Assembly (NCBI GenBank): GCA_963718235.1
Contig: CAVQYR010000001.1
Span: forward strand, 2,016,001 to 2,080,000
Length of the DNA stretch: 64,000 nt
From: an uncultured Actinomycetota bacterium
Lineage (GTDB): Bacteria; Actinomycetota; Actinomycetes; JAHEKZ01
Reading direction: 5' to 3'
Position 1 is the first letter of the stretch. Every line of letters starts with the position of its first letter. The notes beneath the pieces were generated by a model. The model saw only the letters and a program-made list of their open reading frames with translations. It did no database searches and was not told where the DNA came from. A program made the translations under genes and the position numbers. Of this stretch, positions 27,507-40,363 are shown one piece after another.

Positions 27507-28037
27507 GTGCGTGCCGATGGGGAGAAAGGCCGACGTCCAGTCCTGTTGCTGACCGGGGCCCCGGGAACCGGCAAGACGTCGGTGGCCATCCAGGTCGGGA
27601 GCGTGCTCGAAGCCCTTGGGCGTACCTACGCATTGGTCGACCTGGACTGGCTGGCCTGGTTCGACACCGGACCGGAGCAGGAGTCGGGCGCGGTTCACGC
27701 CATGCTGCTTCGCAACCTGCGCTCGGTGCTGGCGAACTACGCCGCCCTCTCGTTGGACTGCTATGTGCTGACCCGGGCGCTGCGCACCCAGGAGGAGCTG
27801 GACAGTGTCCGAGCGGTTGTCGGTGCGTCGACCACAGTCGTCGAGCTGCTCGTGCCCGTCGACGAGATCGCCCGTCGACTGGGGGACGACGTGACGTCGG
27901 CCCGCGGCGACGATCTGCGAGAGGGCGAGGAATGGCTCTCCGACCCGGACCGACCACAACCTGACCACCGGGTCGCCAACGACCAGCCCATCGCCGCCGT
28001 CGCGGCTCAGATCGTGGAGCAGATCGGCTGGCGGTGA
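27507..28037 (+). CDS. Small P-loop kinase-like protein (AAA_33/gluconate-kinase-like)
   Basis: LLLTGAPGTGKT Walker A followed by LVDLDWL. Confidence 0.7.
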   Translation: MRADGEKGRRPVLLLTGAPGTGKTSVAIQVGSVLEALGRTYALVDLDWLAWFDTGPEQESGAVHAMLLRNLRSVLANYAALSLDCYVLTRALRTQEELDSVRAVVGASTTVVELLVPVDEIARRLGDDVTSARGDDLREGEEWLSDPDRPQPDHRVANDQPIAAVAAQIVEQIGWR

Positions 28038-28041
28038 GCCC

Positions 28042-29116
28042 CTAGCTCGAACCCGCCGCGACGACCCGCGTGCCCGAGGGCATGGTGACCTGTCGGGACT
28101 GCCCCACCCGCCACAGCGTGACGGACTCCTCGCTCATCGGCACGACCACCCACCCCGACCTCGTCCAGGAGACCGTGGCACCGGGCTGCACGGACAGGTC
28201 GGGCACGAGGCGGAGCCCGGTGGCGACCGCGCCCACGGCCAGCCCCGCCGACCCGTCGGACAGGCGCCGGACGACGGCGGCCACCTGCGACCCGTCGGTC
28301 GAGGGCACCGGCCGACCGGAGTACACCGTGCCCTCAGGGGGCCGAAGCTCTCGTCGCTCACCGGTTCGGACGTCGACGACGTACATGGGGCACTCCCCCG
28401 CCCAGCACAGCCCGGTGGTCGTGACGAGCGGGCCACCCACGGCGAGCAGCGCACCCACGCGGCCGAGCCACCGCACCGCCTCCGGGGCGGTCGGGTCCCA
28501 CACGGCCAGTCGACGGTCGCGCTCACGACCGCTGGTCACCAGAAGCCCTTCCGGCACGGCACCCACGACCTCGAACCGGCGAGGTACGGCGAACACGGTG
28601 GTCTGCGAGGTGCCTGCACCGTGGGAGTAGGCAACTGACTCCGGCGATCCGGCCTCGTCCTCCTGCACCAGCCACACGCCGTCGCCGAGACCCGCGAAGA
28701 CCTGGTCGGCTCGGCCGAGCTGCCCGACCCCGTCCGGTCCGTAGGTGAGCACCTCAGGTGCCAGACCCTGGAGGCCAGCGGGCTGCTGGGCGATGATCTG
28801 CGAACCCTGGACGACCACGGTCGACGGGTCGGCAGCGCTGGACAGGTCGGTGATCCGGCCCGTGTCGACGTCCAGGCGTTGGAAGGATTCCCCAGCAAGG
28901 ACGAGGAACACCGATGTCCTGGGTGGGCCGGCCATCGACGGGACCACCTGGAGGAGGACGACGACCAGGAGACCGAGTCCGAGCACCCACGGCCACCGCC
29001 GCAGCCACCACCTCAGCCACGCGAGGCGAGACGCCGGGCATCACGTCGGTTGACCGCCTCGCCGGCCGGTCGCCCACTCGCGGCTGGTCGCCGACGGCCA
29101 GCTCCTCCACCGTCAT
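28042..29116 (-). CDS. Hypothetical membrane-anchored beta-rich protein, apparently frameshifted near 29037
   Basis: Main ORF 28042-28986 begins at a TM helix; likely true start is ATG 29116 in another frame (CACCGT -10 six nt upstream). Confidence 0.55.
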
Positions 29117-29307
29117 GGGTTCACGGTGTCGCCTCCGGACGCACGGGGCAACCGCAGCATCCGACCACGCGACGCCGTTCGGGAGGGCCCGACGATCGGT
29201 CGCTCCCGTGTGTCCGCCGATGGTCACCCACAGTCACTGTCCCGACCGGACGGGTACACCGTGGCAACCACCCGGTGCGCCCGGCCAGACCGGGCTACCG
29301 TGCCTGG

Positions 29308-30162
29308 ATGGCCCCATCCGTCGATCAGGCTCCAGGCGCGGTCACGTTGCGCCGCACCGTGCTCATGGTCTCGGTGCTCGACGGGGTCGATCTCCTGCCC
29401 GGCGACGACGGCATCGTGCTCCCCCCGACCGACCACGGGCCCTCGGTGACCTTGACCTGGTCGGAGGTCGCCCGCGCCGTCGGCTCCGCGTCGGCGGAGT
29501 CCACGACGGCTCGGGTTCGGGTGCGGACCTGGCTGCGCCTGCGACGCGCCCTGGCCGACCTGCTCGACCCGGCCACCCGAGCCCGGCCGGTGGGTCTGCC
29601 CGTCGACCACGTGCTGCACCCCGGGGCGAGCTGGGCGCGACACCGCGTGCTCGGCGGCGCCCTGCACCTCGGTACCGGCTTCGTCGGTTTGCTCGACGAC
29701 CCGGACGCAGTGGCCGTGCTCCCGCCGGGCCTGCTCGACGCAGCCGGGCTCGACGACCGGCCGTGGTGGCCGACCCTGGCCCGGTACCTCGAGGAGAAGG
29801 GGGCGGTGGCCGCCGACCGGGTCGCCCGCGATCCGGGTGGGCCACTTCGCCCGATCGGTGACTGCGACGTGCTGACCCTGTTGGGCTCCACCCGCTTCCG
29901 CGCCGCGCTGTGCGCCAGCGACCCACTCGGTCTGCGCACGGCCGCGGTGCCCATGCGTCGGCGTGGGTGGCTCGACCTGGGCCGAGTCGACCCGGCGTTC
30001 GCCGTGGCCGCTGCATGGGCGACCGACGACGTCGACCGAGGATTCACCCGGCCCGTACTCATCACCCGAGACGAGGTCGCTCTGGCTCCTGAGGGGGGCA
30101 ACCCACGTGAGCAGGCGCTGAGCGACCCGATGGGCAGCCTGGAGGCCTGGCAGCGCCGGTAG
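29308..30162 (+). CDS. Conserved hypothetical protein
   Basis: GC3-rich ORF; TACCGT-N6-ATG leaderless signature. Confidence 0.65.
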   Translation: MAPSVDQAPGAVTLRRTVLMVSVLDGVDLLPGDDGIVLPPTDHGPSVTLTWSEVARAVGSASAESTTARVRVRTWLRLRRALADLLDPATRARPVGLPVDHVLHPGASWARHRVLGGALHLGTGFVGLLDDPDAVAVLPPGLLDAAGLDDRPWWPTLARYLEEKGAVAADRVARDPGGPLRPIGDCDVLTLLGSTRFRAALCASDPLGLRTAAVPMRRRGWLDLGRVDPAFAVAAAWATDDVDRGFTRPVLITRDEVALAPEGGNPREQALSDPMGSLEAWQRR

Positions 30163-30201
30163 CGGTTCCGAGCCGGGGCCGGCGGCGGCCAGTGCAGGGG
30201 G

Positions 30202-32133
30202 CTAGCCGGGGTCGGAAGACGCGGTCTCGGTGCGAGCAGTGGCCTCAGCCTGCGCCGTCGCGTCGCGACGAGCCATCGCCTCGACCACCTCGCGGGAGAT
30301 GTCCTGAGCCGTGAGCCCGAGGCTCGCGAGGACCTCGGCCCGCTTGGCGTGGTCGAGGAACTGCTTGGGCACGCCGAACACCCGGACCGGGACCTCGACG
30401 TCTGCGTCCTGCAGCGCCTGGGTCACCGCCGCCCCCACGCCTCCGTCGCGCAGGCCGTCCTCGACACTGACGACGAACTGGTGGCGGCCGGCCAGGTCCA
30501 CCACCGCCGGGTCGACCGGAACGACCCAGCGCGGATCGACCACGGTGACCCCGATCCCCTGGTCGTTCAGCCGTCCGGCGACCTCCAGGGACAGGGCCGC
30601 CATCGGCCCCACCGCGAGGACGAGCACGTCCGGCTCGCCGTGCCGGTGCAGGACGTCGCAGCGACCGACCCGCTCGAGCGCAGGGACCTGCTGTGGCAGT
30701 GCTCCCTTGGGGTACCGGACGATCGTGGGCGCGTCGCTGACCGCCACTGCCTCGGCGAGCTGCTCGCGCAGCTGTGCTGCATCGCGCGGCGCGGCGATCG
30801 ACAGACCGGGAACGGCGGAGAACACCGCGAGGTCCCAGACGCCGTTGTGACTGGCCCCGTCGTCACCGGTGACGCCAGCCCGGTCGAGCACGAACGTGAC
30901 ACCCGCGCGGTGCAAGGCGACGTCCATGAGCACCTGGTCGAAGGCCCGGTTCAGGAAGGTGGCGTAGACGGCGACCACGGGGTGCAGCCCGGCGAAGGCG
31001 AGACCTGCCGCCGAGGTGGCTGCATGCTGCTCGGCGATGCCGACGTCGAACACCCGATCGGGGAACTCTCCCGCGAACGGCTCCAGACCGGTCGGCTGCA
31101 TCATGGCTGCGGTGATCGCCACGATGTCCGCGCGTTCGCGCCCGAGCTCGCACAGCGCCTCGCCGAAGGTCTGGGTCCAGCCCGGTGCGGAGGTGGTCAT
31201 CGGACGCCCCGTCACCGGGTCGATCACCCCGACCCCGTGGAACCGGTCGGCGTCGTCGTTCTCAGCCGGCGCGTAACCGCGCCCCTTCACGGTGATGACA
31301 TGCACGATGACTGGCCCACCGAAGGCACGGGCCCGGTGCAGCGCATGCTCCACCGCCAGCTGATCGTGTCCGTCGACCGGTCCGATGTACTTCAGCCCGA
31401 GGTCTTCGAACATCCCCTGAGGGGCCACGATGTCCTTCAGGCCCTTCTTCATCCCGTGCAACGTCTCGTACAGCGGCGGCCCGACCACCGGTGTGCGCCC
31501 GAGCACCTGCTTGCCCCACTCCAGGAACCGTTCGTACCCACGGGTGGTCCGCAGCGTCGCCAGGTGGTTGGCGAGACCGCCGATCGTCGGAGCGTACGAC
31601 CGCTCGTTGTCGTTGACGACCACGATCACCGGGCGGTCCGGCGCTGCGGCGATGTTGTTCAGCGCCTCCCAGGCCATGCCACCGGTCAGTGCGCCGTCGC
31701 CGATGATGCCGACGACCGCCCGCCGGTCGAGCTCTCCGCGTAGCTGTAGGCCCTTGGCGATGCCGTCGGCGTACGACAGAGCAGTGGAGGCGTGGCTGTT
31801 CTCGATGACGTCGTGCTCGGACTCCGACCGCGAGGGGTACCCCGACAGGCCCCCTCGCTGCTTCAGCTGGGAGAAGTCGTGTCGTCCGGTGACGATCTTG
31901 TGGACGTAGGCCTGGTGCCCGGTGTCCCAGAGCAGCACGTCGTCCGGGCTGGAGAAGACCCGGTGCAGGGCCAGGGTCAGCTCGACCGCGCCCAGGTTGG
32001 GGCCGAGGTGACCTCCGGTCCGGGCCACGTTCTCGACCAGGAAGGTGCGGATCTCCTCGGCGAGCCGGGCACACTCGTCCGGCGTCAGCGCCTTGAGGTC
32101 GCGCGGGCTGTGCACGCGTTCGAGCTGGCCCAC
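30202..32133 (-). CDS. dxs: 1-deoxy-D-xylulose-5-phosphate synthase
   Basis: [43 protein letters not shown]. Confidence 0.97.
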   Translation of the reverse strand: MGQLERVHSPRDLKALTPDECARLAEEIRTFLVENVARTGGHLGPNLGAVELTLALHRVFSSPDDVLLWDTGHQAYVHKIVTGRHDFSQLKQRGGLSGYPSRSESEHDVIENSHASTALSYADGIAKGLQLRGELDRRAVVGIIGDGALTGGMAWEALNNIAAAPDRPVIVVVNDNERSYAPTIGGLANHLATLRTTRGYERFLEWGKQVLGRTPVVGPPLYETLHGMKKGLKDIVAPQGMFEDLGLKYIGPVDGHDQLAVEHALHRARAFGGPVIVHVITVKGRGYAPAENDDADRFHGVGVIDPVTGRPMTTSAPGWTQTFGEALCELGRERADIVAITAAMMQPTGLEPFAGEFPDRVFDVGIAEQHAATSAAGLAFAGLHPVVAVYATFLNRAFDQVLMDVALHRAGVTFVLDRAGVTGDDGASHNGVWDLAVFSAVPGLSIAAPRDAAQLREQLAEAVAVSDAPTIVRYPKGALPQQVPALERVGRCDVLHRHGEPDVLVLAVGPMAALSLEVAGRLNDQGIGVTVVDPRWVVPVDPAVVDLAGRHQFVVSVEDGLRDGGVGAAVTQALQDADVEVPVRVFGVPKQFLDHAKRAEVLASLGLTAQDISREVVEAMARRDATAQAEATARTETASSDPG

Positions 32134-32219
32134 GACACCTCCTGTCGACGCTGCCGGACTCCGGTGAGTCTAGGTGTACTCAGGCAGCTCGGCGCGCCAG
32201 CCGGACGGCGCCGCACCGG

Positions 32220-32585
32220 TCAGAGCCGAGGAACATAGCGCTGTCCCGCCAGGGCGTCGGCCACGAGGTGCACCGCCCGCTGGAGGGCGAGCAGGCGGGC
32301 CCCCTCGGCCTCGAGCACGGTCAACGTCTCCGCCAGAACCTCCGGGCCGAGGTCTGCGCGCTCACGGCGCACCGACCGGTACGCCTGCCGCGTGGCCTCG
32401 AGACCGGCGTCCACCTGCCGGGCGGTCAGCCAGGCCAGCAGGACGGGCTGTCTGCGCAGGAGCCCGTGGTCGCGGTACTCAGGCGGGCTGTGGTCGAGCA
32501 GCCAGAGGACGGCGTCGTCGACCCACTCCGCGGTGTCTGGGGGCGGGACCTGCGACGGCCAACCGGGCGGCACGGACCGGCTCAC
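32220..32585 (-). CDS. Conserved actinobacterial hypothetical protein
   Basis: PPGWP..V.PP, WLLD.SPPEYR, RYVPRL; GTGA overlap with GNAT gene. Confidence 0.7.
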   Translation of the reverse strand: MSRSVPPGWPSQVPPPDTAEWVDDAVLWLLDHSPPEYRDHGLLRRQPVLLAWLTARQVDAGLEATRQAYRSVRRERADLGPEVLAETLTVLEAEGARLLALQRAVHLVADALAGQRYVPRL

Positions 32586-33139
32586 CAGGTCCGCCCCTGC
32601 GGTGTGATCCGGTACAGCACGTGGCGACGTAGCCGGTGGCCCTCTGGCACGCGCGGGTGCTCGAAGTCGTCGGCGGGGTCGTGGGTCATCCCCAACCGTC
32701 GCATGACCGCGATCGACCTGCAGTTCTCCGGTGACGTCATGGACACGACCTCGTCGACGCCTGCGGTGTCGAAGGCGAAGTCGACTGCTGCACGCCCTGC
32801 CTCGGTGGCGAAGCCGTGACCCCAGGCGGACCTCCGTAGCCTCCACCCGACCTCGAGCGCCGGCGTGAAGTGCGCCGGGAAGGTCTGCCACGTGAGGCCG
32901 ACGAAGCCGATGAACGGGTCGCCACCGATCACCTCGACGGCCCACAGACCGTAGCCGTGCTCGTCGAGGTGCCGCCGGATCCGCTCGCGGACGAGCTCGT
33001 CGCTCTGCTCGCCGGTCATCGGTGCCACGAAGTGCGCCATGACGACCGGGTCGGCGTTCATCGTCGCGAACGGCTCGAGGTCGCCGTCGCGCCAGGTGCG
33101 CAGGCGCAGCCTTCGCGTGCTCAGCTCGGTGCCTCTCAC
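32582..33139 (-). CDS. GNAT N-acetyltransferase (RimJ/RimL-like)
   Basis: LRLRTWR, EVGWRL, WGHGFATEA, N.RS.AVM.RLGM. Confidence 0.88.
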   Translation of the reverse strand: MRGTELSTRRLRLRTWRDGDLEPFATMNADPVVMAHFVAPMTGEQSDELVRERIRRHLDEHGYGLWAVEVIGGDPFIGFVGLTWQTFPAHFTPALEVGWRLRRSAWGHGFATEAGRAAVDFAFDTAGVDEVVSMTSPENCRSIAVMRRLGMTHDPADDFEHPRVPEGHRLRRHVLYRITPQGRTW

Positions 33140-33196
33140 CGGCCAAGCATCCCAGCCTGAGTCGTTGGCTGGAGGTGCCGATGAGATACTTGGCGG

Positions 33197-33640
33197 ATGC
33201 CGGCCTGGTCGATCGTCATCAAGTCCTTCATCAAGTGGGGACCGATCGCGTTCGCTGCTGCGCGCAAGTACTACCCGTACATCCAGAACAGCCCGGCCGC
33301 CCAGAAGTTCGTCGGTCAGATGGCCGACCAGACGATGAAGATCCCGTCTCGCCTGTCACCCGAACTGCGCGCCAGGCGCAAGATCGCTGCCGTTCGCCAG
33401 TCACTCGCCGAGGCTGCGGTGCTCGGCGTCGACCCCACGCAGTACGCCCGGTGGCGTCACGAGCTCGACGAGCTCGACCGCACTCTGACGTTGTCCCAGG
33501 CCGCGAACCGAAGCCGACGACGGGTGCTCGTGCGCCAGGTCAACGACCGGCTGGACCGGCTGGTTGCGGCGATCCTGCCCTCACTGGCCGGTCGCGGTGG
33601 GGCATCCCCACCCACCCCGCTCCCTCCGGCTCCTCGCTGA
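33197..33640 (+). CDS. Hypothetical basic helical protein
   Basis: GC3-biased ORF, GATACT-N6-ATG start. Confidence 0.6.
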   Translation: MPAWSIVIKSFIKWGPIAFAAARKYYPYIQNSPAAQKFVGQMADQTMKIPSRLSPELRARRKIAAVRQSLAEAAVLGVDPTQYARWRHELDELDRTLTLSQAANRSRRRVLVRQVNDRLDRLVAAILPSLAGRGGASPPTPLPPAPR

Positions 33641-36334
<2,694 letters not shown>

Positions 36335-36376
36335 CGGTTCTCCCTCTCGCCTGCGGACATTCTGACGGTACCGATT

Positions 36377-36394
36377 TATCTTGATATCAAGATA
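36377..36394. promoter_or_regulatory. Perfect 18-bp palindromic operator upstream of acnA (TamR/MarR-type candidate)
   Basis: TATCTTGATATCAAGATA, AT-rich perfect palindrome 43 bp upstream of acnA. Confidence 0.75.
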
Positions 36395-37594
36395 CTATCC
36401 GGACCCGGTCCGTTCCAGCAAGGCCACGCACTCCACGTGGTGGGTCATCGGGAACAGGTCGAACCCCCGGACCTGGGTCAGGGAGTACCCGGCCCCGGCG
36501 AAGGTGCGCACGTCGCGCCCCAGGGCCGCGGGGTCACAGGCCACGTAGGCCACCGCCCGCGGGCTCAGGCCGGCCACGCCCTCCACCACGGTCGCGCCGG
36601 CACCGGTCCGAGGCGGGTCGAGGACGACGAGGTCACAACGCCGGAGCCGGCCGCGGGCCAGGAAGCCCTCGACCGGCTCCGCGTGCACCGACACGACCTC
36701 CAGGTCGGACAGGTTGTGCGTCGCGTCGGCGGCTGCCCTCCGGTGCCCCTCCACGGCGTCCACCCGTCCCCCGGGCCCGAGCAGCGGGGCGAGCGCACCG
36801 GCGAACAGACCGACCCCGCAGTAGAGATCCGCGACGTGCTCCCCCGGGCGCGCCGCCAACATGGAGGACACACACGAGGCCAGGACGTCGGCCGCGCCCG
36901 GGTGAACCTGCCAGAAGCCGCCGCCGGAGACCCGCCAGGTCCGTCCCGCCGCCCGGTGGTTCAGCGCCTTGCCGACCGGCCCCGGATGAACCCGGAGGTC
37001 GGACTCCGCGGTCGACGCCGACGTGGACGCCTCGACCCACTCGGCGCCAGGCCAGCGCTGGGCCACGATCCCGGGCGCGTCGATGCCCGGGTGCGCGATG
37101 AGACAGTCGGACACGCCCACGACTTCGTGTGAGCGGTGTCGACGCAGCCCGGCCCGCCCGTCCGCGTCGACCGCGAACCGGACCCGGGTCCGCCAGCGTG
37201 CACCGTCGTCGTCCCCAGGCACCTGCTCGACGCCGACCGTTCGCGCCACCCCGCCCAGTCGTTGCAGCTGCTCGCCGAGGACCATCGACTTCAGTCGTCG
37301 TTGCGCCTCGACCGTCGCGTGCTGCCAGTCGCATCCCCCGCAGCCCCCGGGTCCCGCGTACGGACACGCTGGGACGACCCGGTCGGGTGAAGGATCCAGG
37401 ACCTCCACCGCGTCCGCCCGCAAGTACCGTTCCTTGGGTCCGACCCCGGTCACCTCGACGACCACCCGCTCACCGGGCAGGCTGTGCCGGACGAACACCA
37501 CCTGTCCGTCGCTGCGGGCCACACAGTGGCCGCCGTGGGCCACCGGCCCGACCGTGACCTCGAAGCGGTTGCCAACGGTACGAGGCGCCGTCAG
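36395..37594 (-). CDS. TRAM-domain RNA m5U methyltransferase (TrmA/RlmD family)
   Basis: VAHGGHCVAR, CPY..PGGCGGCDWQH, FWQVH, DLYCGVG, VLDPPRTG, YVACDP, DLFPMTHHVE; probable CTG start at 37594 (first canonical start is GTG 37543). Confidence 0.9.
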   Translation of the reverse strand: MTAPRTVGNRFEVTVGPVAHGGHCVARSDGQVVFVRHSLPGERVVVEVTGVGPKERYLRADAVEVLDPSPDRVVPACPYAGPGGCGGCDWQHATVEAQRRLKSMVLGEQLQRLGGVARTVGVEQVPGDDDGARWRTRVRFAVDADGRAGLRRHRSHEVVGVSDCLIAHPGIDAPGIVAQRWPGAEWVEASTSASTAESDLRVHPGPVGKALNHRAAGRTWRVSGGGFWQVHPGAADVLASCVSSMLAARPGEHVADLYCGVGLFAGALAPLLGPGGRVDAVEGHRRAAADATHNLSDLEVVSVHAEPVEGFLARGRLRRCDLVVLDPPRTGAGATVVEGVAGLSPRAVAYVACDPAALGRDVRTFAGAGYSLTQVRGFDLFPMTHHVECVALLERTGSG

Positions 37595-39609
37595 GGCTTG
37601 AGCTCCTCGGCAACGGTGGCTTCGGCCACTTCGGGTGTCGGCTCACCGCGCCGTACGGCGCCGGGCGCGAAGTTCTCCGGGCGGCTCTCCTGTCCCACCG
37701 AGGACCGCAGCTGGTACGGCACCGACACCACGACCACTCCAGGGGTGAACCGCAGCCGGGTCTTCAGACGCAGAGCGCTCTGGTTGTGCAGCAGTGTCTC
37801 CCACCAACGCCCGACCACGTACTCGGGGACGTAGACGTCGACGATGTCCCGCGGGCTCTCGCGGCGGATGTTCTTCACGTAGTCGACGACGGGACGGGTG
37901 ATCTCCCGGTACGGCGAGTCCAGCACCTTGAGCGGGACCGGGATGTCTCGCTGGTCCCACTCTGCGATCAGCGCCTCGGCGTCACCCTCATCGACGCTGA
38001 CCGTGAGCGCCTCCAGGGTTGCCGGACGGGACGCACGGGCGTAGGCGATCGCCCGAAGAGCCGGCTTGTGGAGCTTGGAGACCAGCACCACGGCATGGAT
38101 CCGGGCGGGCAGCATGACGGCCTCTTGGTCCGCGGCGAGCTCGGTCGACACCGAGTGGTAGTGCTTGCGGATCGCCTTCATCAGCACGAAGAGCAGCCCC
38201 ATGAAGACGATCGCGAGCCAGGCGCCCCTCGTGAACTTGGTGACCAGCACGAGGACCAGCACGGTTCCCGTCATGCACATGCCGAAGAAGTTGACCGCTC
38301 GCGAGCGCATCATCTGCCGGCGAACCGCCGCCTCTTCCTCCGTCCGGAGCAGTCGGGTCCAGTGCCGCACCATGCCGAGCTGGCTGAGCGTGAACGACAC
38401 GAACACACCGACGATGTACAGCTGGATCAGCTTGCTGACGTCGGCGTCGAACACGTAGATGAGGAGCCCGGCTGCCCCGGCCAGGAAGACGATGCCGTTG
38501 CTGAAGGCCAGGCGGTCACCGCGGGTGTGCAGCTGTCGAGGCAGGTAGCCGTCGCGTGCCAGGATCGACCCGAGCACCGGGAAACCGTTGAACGCGGTGT
38601 TCGCGGCGAGCACCAGGATCAGTGCGGTCAGGGCGGACACGATCAGGGCCAGCGCCGGTGCGTTGCTGAAGACGGCGTTGGCCACCTGGGCGATCACCGT
38701 CTTCTGCTCGTCGCCGGGCGGGAGCCCGATCAGGTCGGCGTTGTTGTCGGTGACCTGCACCCCTGTGTAGATCGCCAGCCAGGTGATCGCGCAGAACATC
38801 GCCATCGAGATGCCACCGAGCAGCAGGAGCGTCGTGGCCGCGTTCCTCGACTTCGGTTTCTGGAAGGCAGGCACACCGTTGCTGATCGCCTCGACACCGG
38901 TCAGAGCGGTCGTACCGGAGCTAAACGAACGGGCGATCAGGAAGATGAGGGCGCCGCCGGTGAACGTCGACTCGGCGACCATGGTCCAGTCGGCGCTCTC
39001 GGCCTGGACCGTGTCCCCGGAGACGATCCTGAAGATGGCCCAGCCCAGCATGCCGAAGATCGCAACCATGAAGCCGTACGTCGGGATCGCGAAGGCCGTC
39101 CCCGACTCTCTCACGCCGCGCAGGTTCATGAACGTGATCAGCGCGATGAACCCCAGCGCCAGCACCACCTTGTGGTTGTTCGCCGGCTCGTACTGGGACG
39201 CGATGTTGTCGACCGCTGAGGCAATGGACACCGCCACGGTCATGACGTAGTCGACCAGCAGGGCGCTGGCGACGACGACCCCGGCGTTGGGCCCGAGGTT
39301 CGTCGTGACCACCTCGTAGTCACCGCCACCGCTGGGGTACGCATGGACGTTCTGCCGGTACGAGGCGACCACGGTGAAGAACACAAGGACGACCGCGGCA
39401 GCGACCCACGGTGTGTACGAGTAGAGCGCCGCGCCCCCCAGGGCGAGCACGAGCAGGATCTCCTGGGTGGCGTACGCGTTCGACGAAAGAGCGTCGCTGG
39501 CGAAGACGGGGAGCGCGATGCGCTTGGGCAGCAGCGTCTCGCCGAGCTTGTCGCTGCGCTGCGGACGTCCGACGAGCACCCGCTTGAACTGCGACGTCAC
39601 GTTGGCCAC
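37591..39609 (-). CDS. APC-family permease, KimA-like K+ transporter candidate
   Basis: ALPVFASDALSSNAY, AYPSGGGDY, ALTGVEAISNG, SPYREI, LHNQSALRLK. Confidence 0.85.
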   Translation of the reverse strand: MANVTSQFKRVLVGRPQRSDKLGETLLPKRIALPVFASDALSSNAYATQEILLVLALGGAALYSYTPWVAAAVVLVFFTVVASYRQNVHAYPSGGGDYEVVTTNLGPNAGVVVASALLVDYVMTVAVSIASAVDNIASQYEPANNHKVVLALGFIALITFMNLRGVRESGTAFAIPTYGFMVAIFGMLGWAIFRIVSGDTVQAESADWTMVAESTFTGGALIFLIARSFSSGTTALTGVEAISNGVPAFQKPKSRNAATTLLLLGGISMAMFCAITWLAIYTGVQVTDNNADLIGLPPGDEQKTVIAQVANAVFSNAPALALIVSALTALILVLAANTAFNGFPVLGSILARDGYLPRQLHTRGDRLAFSNGIVFLAGAAGLLIYVFDADVSKLIQLYIVGVFVSFTLSQLGMVRHWTRLLRTEEEAAVRRQMMRSRAVNFFGMCMTGTVLVLVLVTKFTRGAWLAIVFMGLLFVLMKAIRKHYHSVSTELAADQEAVMLPARIHAVVLVSKLHKPALRAIAYARASRPATLEALTVSVDEGDAEALIAEWDQRDIPVPLKVLDSPYREITRPVVDYVKNIRRESPRDIVDVYVPEYVVGRWWETLLHNQSALRLKTRLRFTPGVVVVSVPYQLRSSVGQESRPENFAPGAVRRGEPTPEVAEATVAEELKP

Positions 39610-39700
39610 GGGGGGCGATGCTACGCGCCCTCCTGCCCGGTCACCGAGGCGGTGGCCACCCGCGTGGGGGTCCGCCCCCTTCGGCGGTAGCGTGTCTGCC

Positions 39701-40363
39701 GTGCATGTCGTGATCATGGGGTGCGGCCGGGTCGGCTCCACCCTCGCCAACGTCCTCGACGAGGCTGGACACAGCGTCGCCGTGGTTGACCAGGACGAGG
39801 CTGCCTTCCGCAAGCTGCCGTCCACGTTCGGCGGCACGACGGTGACCGGCGTGGGCTTCGACCGGGACACCCTGCACGACGCCGGCATCGAGCAGGCGGA
39901 CGCCTTCGCAGCGGTCAGCAGTGGCGACAACTCGAACATCATCTCTGCCCGGGTGGCCCGGGAGACGTTCAACGTCGGCAACGTCGTGGCCCGGATCTAC
40001 GACCCCCGACGGGCCGAGATCTACCAGCGCCTCGGCATCCCGACCGTCGCCACCGTCCGCTGGACGGCCGACCAGATCCTGCGGCAGCTGCTTCCTGGAG
40101 GGGTCCAGGAGGACTACCGCGACCCCAGTGGACGCATCGTGCTGGCCCAGATCCACACCGCTCCCGGCTGGTTCGGACAGCCGCTGCGCCGGCTGGAGGA
40201 CGAGACGGCGGCCCGGATCGCCTTCATCACCCGACTCGGGGACGGGCAGCTCCCCCACGCCGACACGGTGCTCCAGGAGGGCGACCTCGTGCACGTGCTC
40301 GTGTCCGAGGGCGACCTCGTCCGGGTCGAACGGGCGTTCGCCCGCGAGCCGGAGGGGCACTAG
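39701..40363 (+). CDS. TrkA-family RCK potassium uptake protein (CeoB-like)
   Basis: VIMGCGRVG, SSGDNSNI, VARIYDP. Confidence 0.9.
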   Translation: MHVVIMGCGRVGSTLANVLDEAGHSVAVVDQDEAAFRKLPSTFGGTTVTGVGFDRDTLHDAGIEQADAFAAVSSGDNSNIISARVARETFNVGNVVARIYDPRRAEIYQRLGIPTVATVRWTADQILRQLLPGGVQEDYRDPSGRIVLAQIHTAPGWFGQPLRRLEDETAARIAFITRLGDGQLPHADTVLQEGDLVHVLVSEGDLVRVERAFAREPEGH

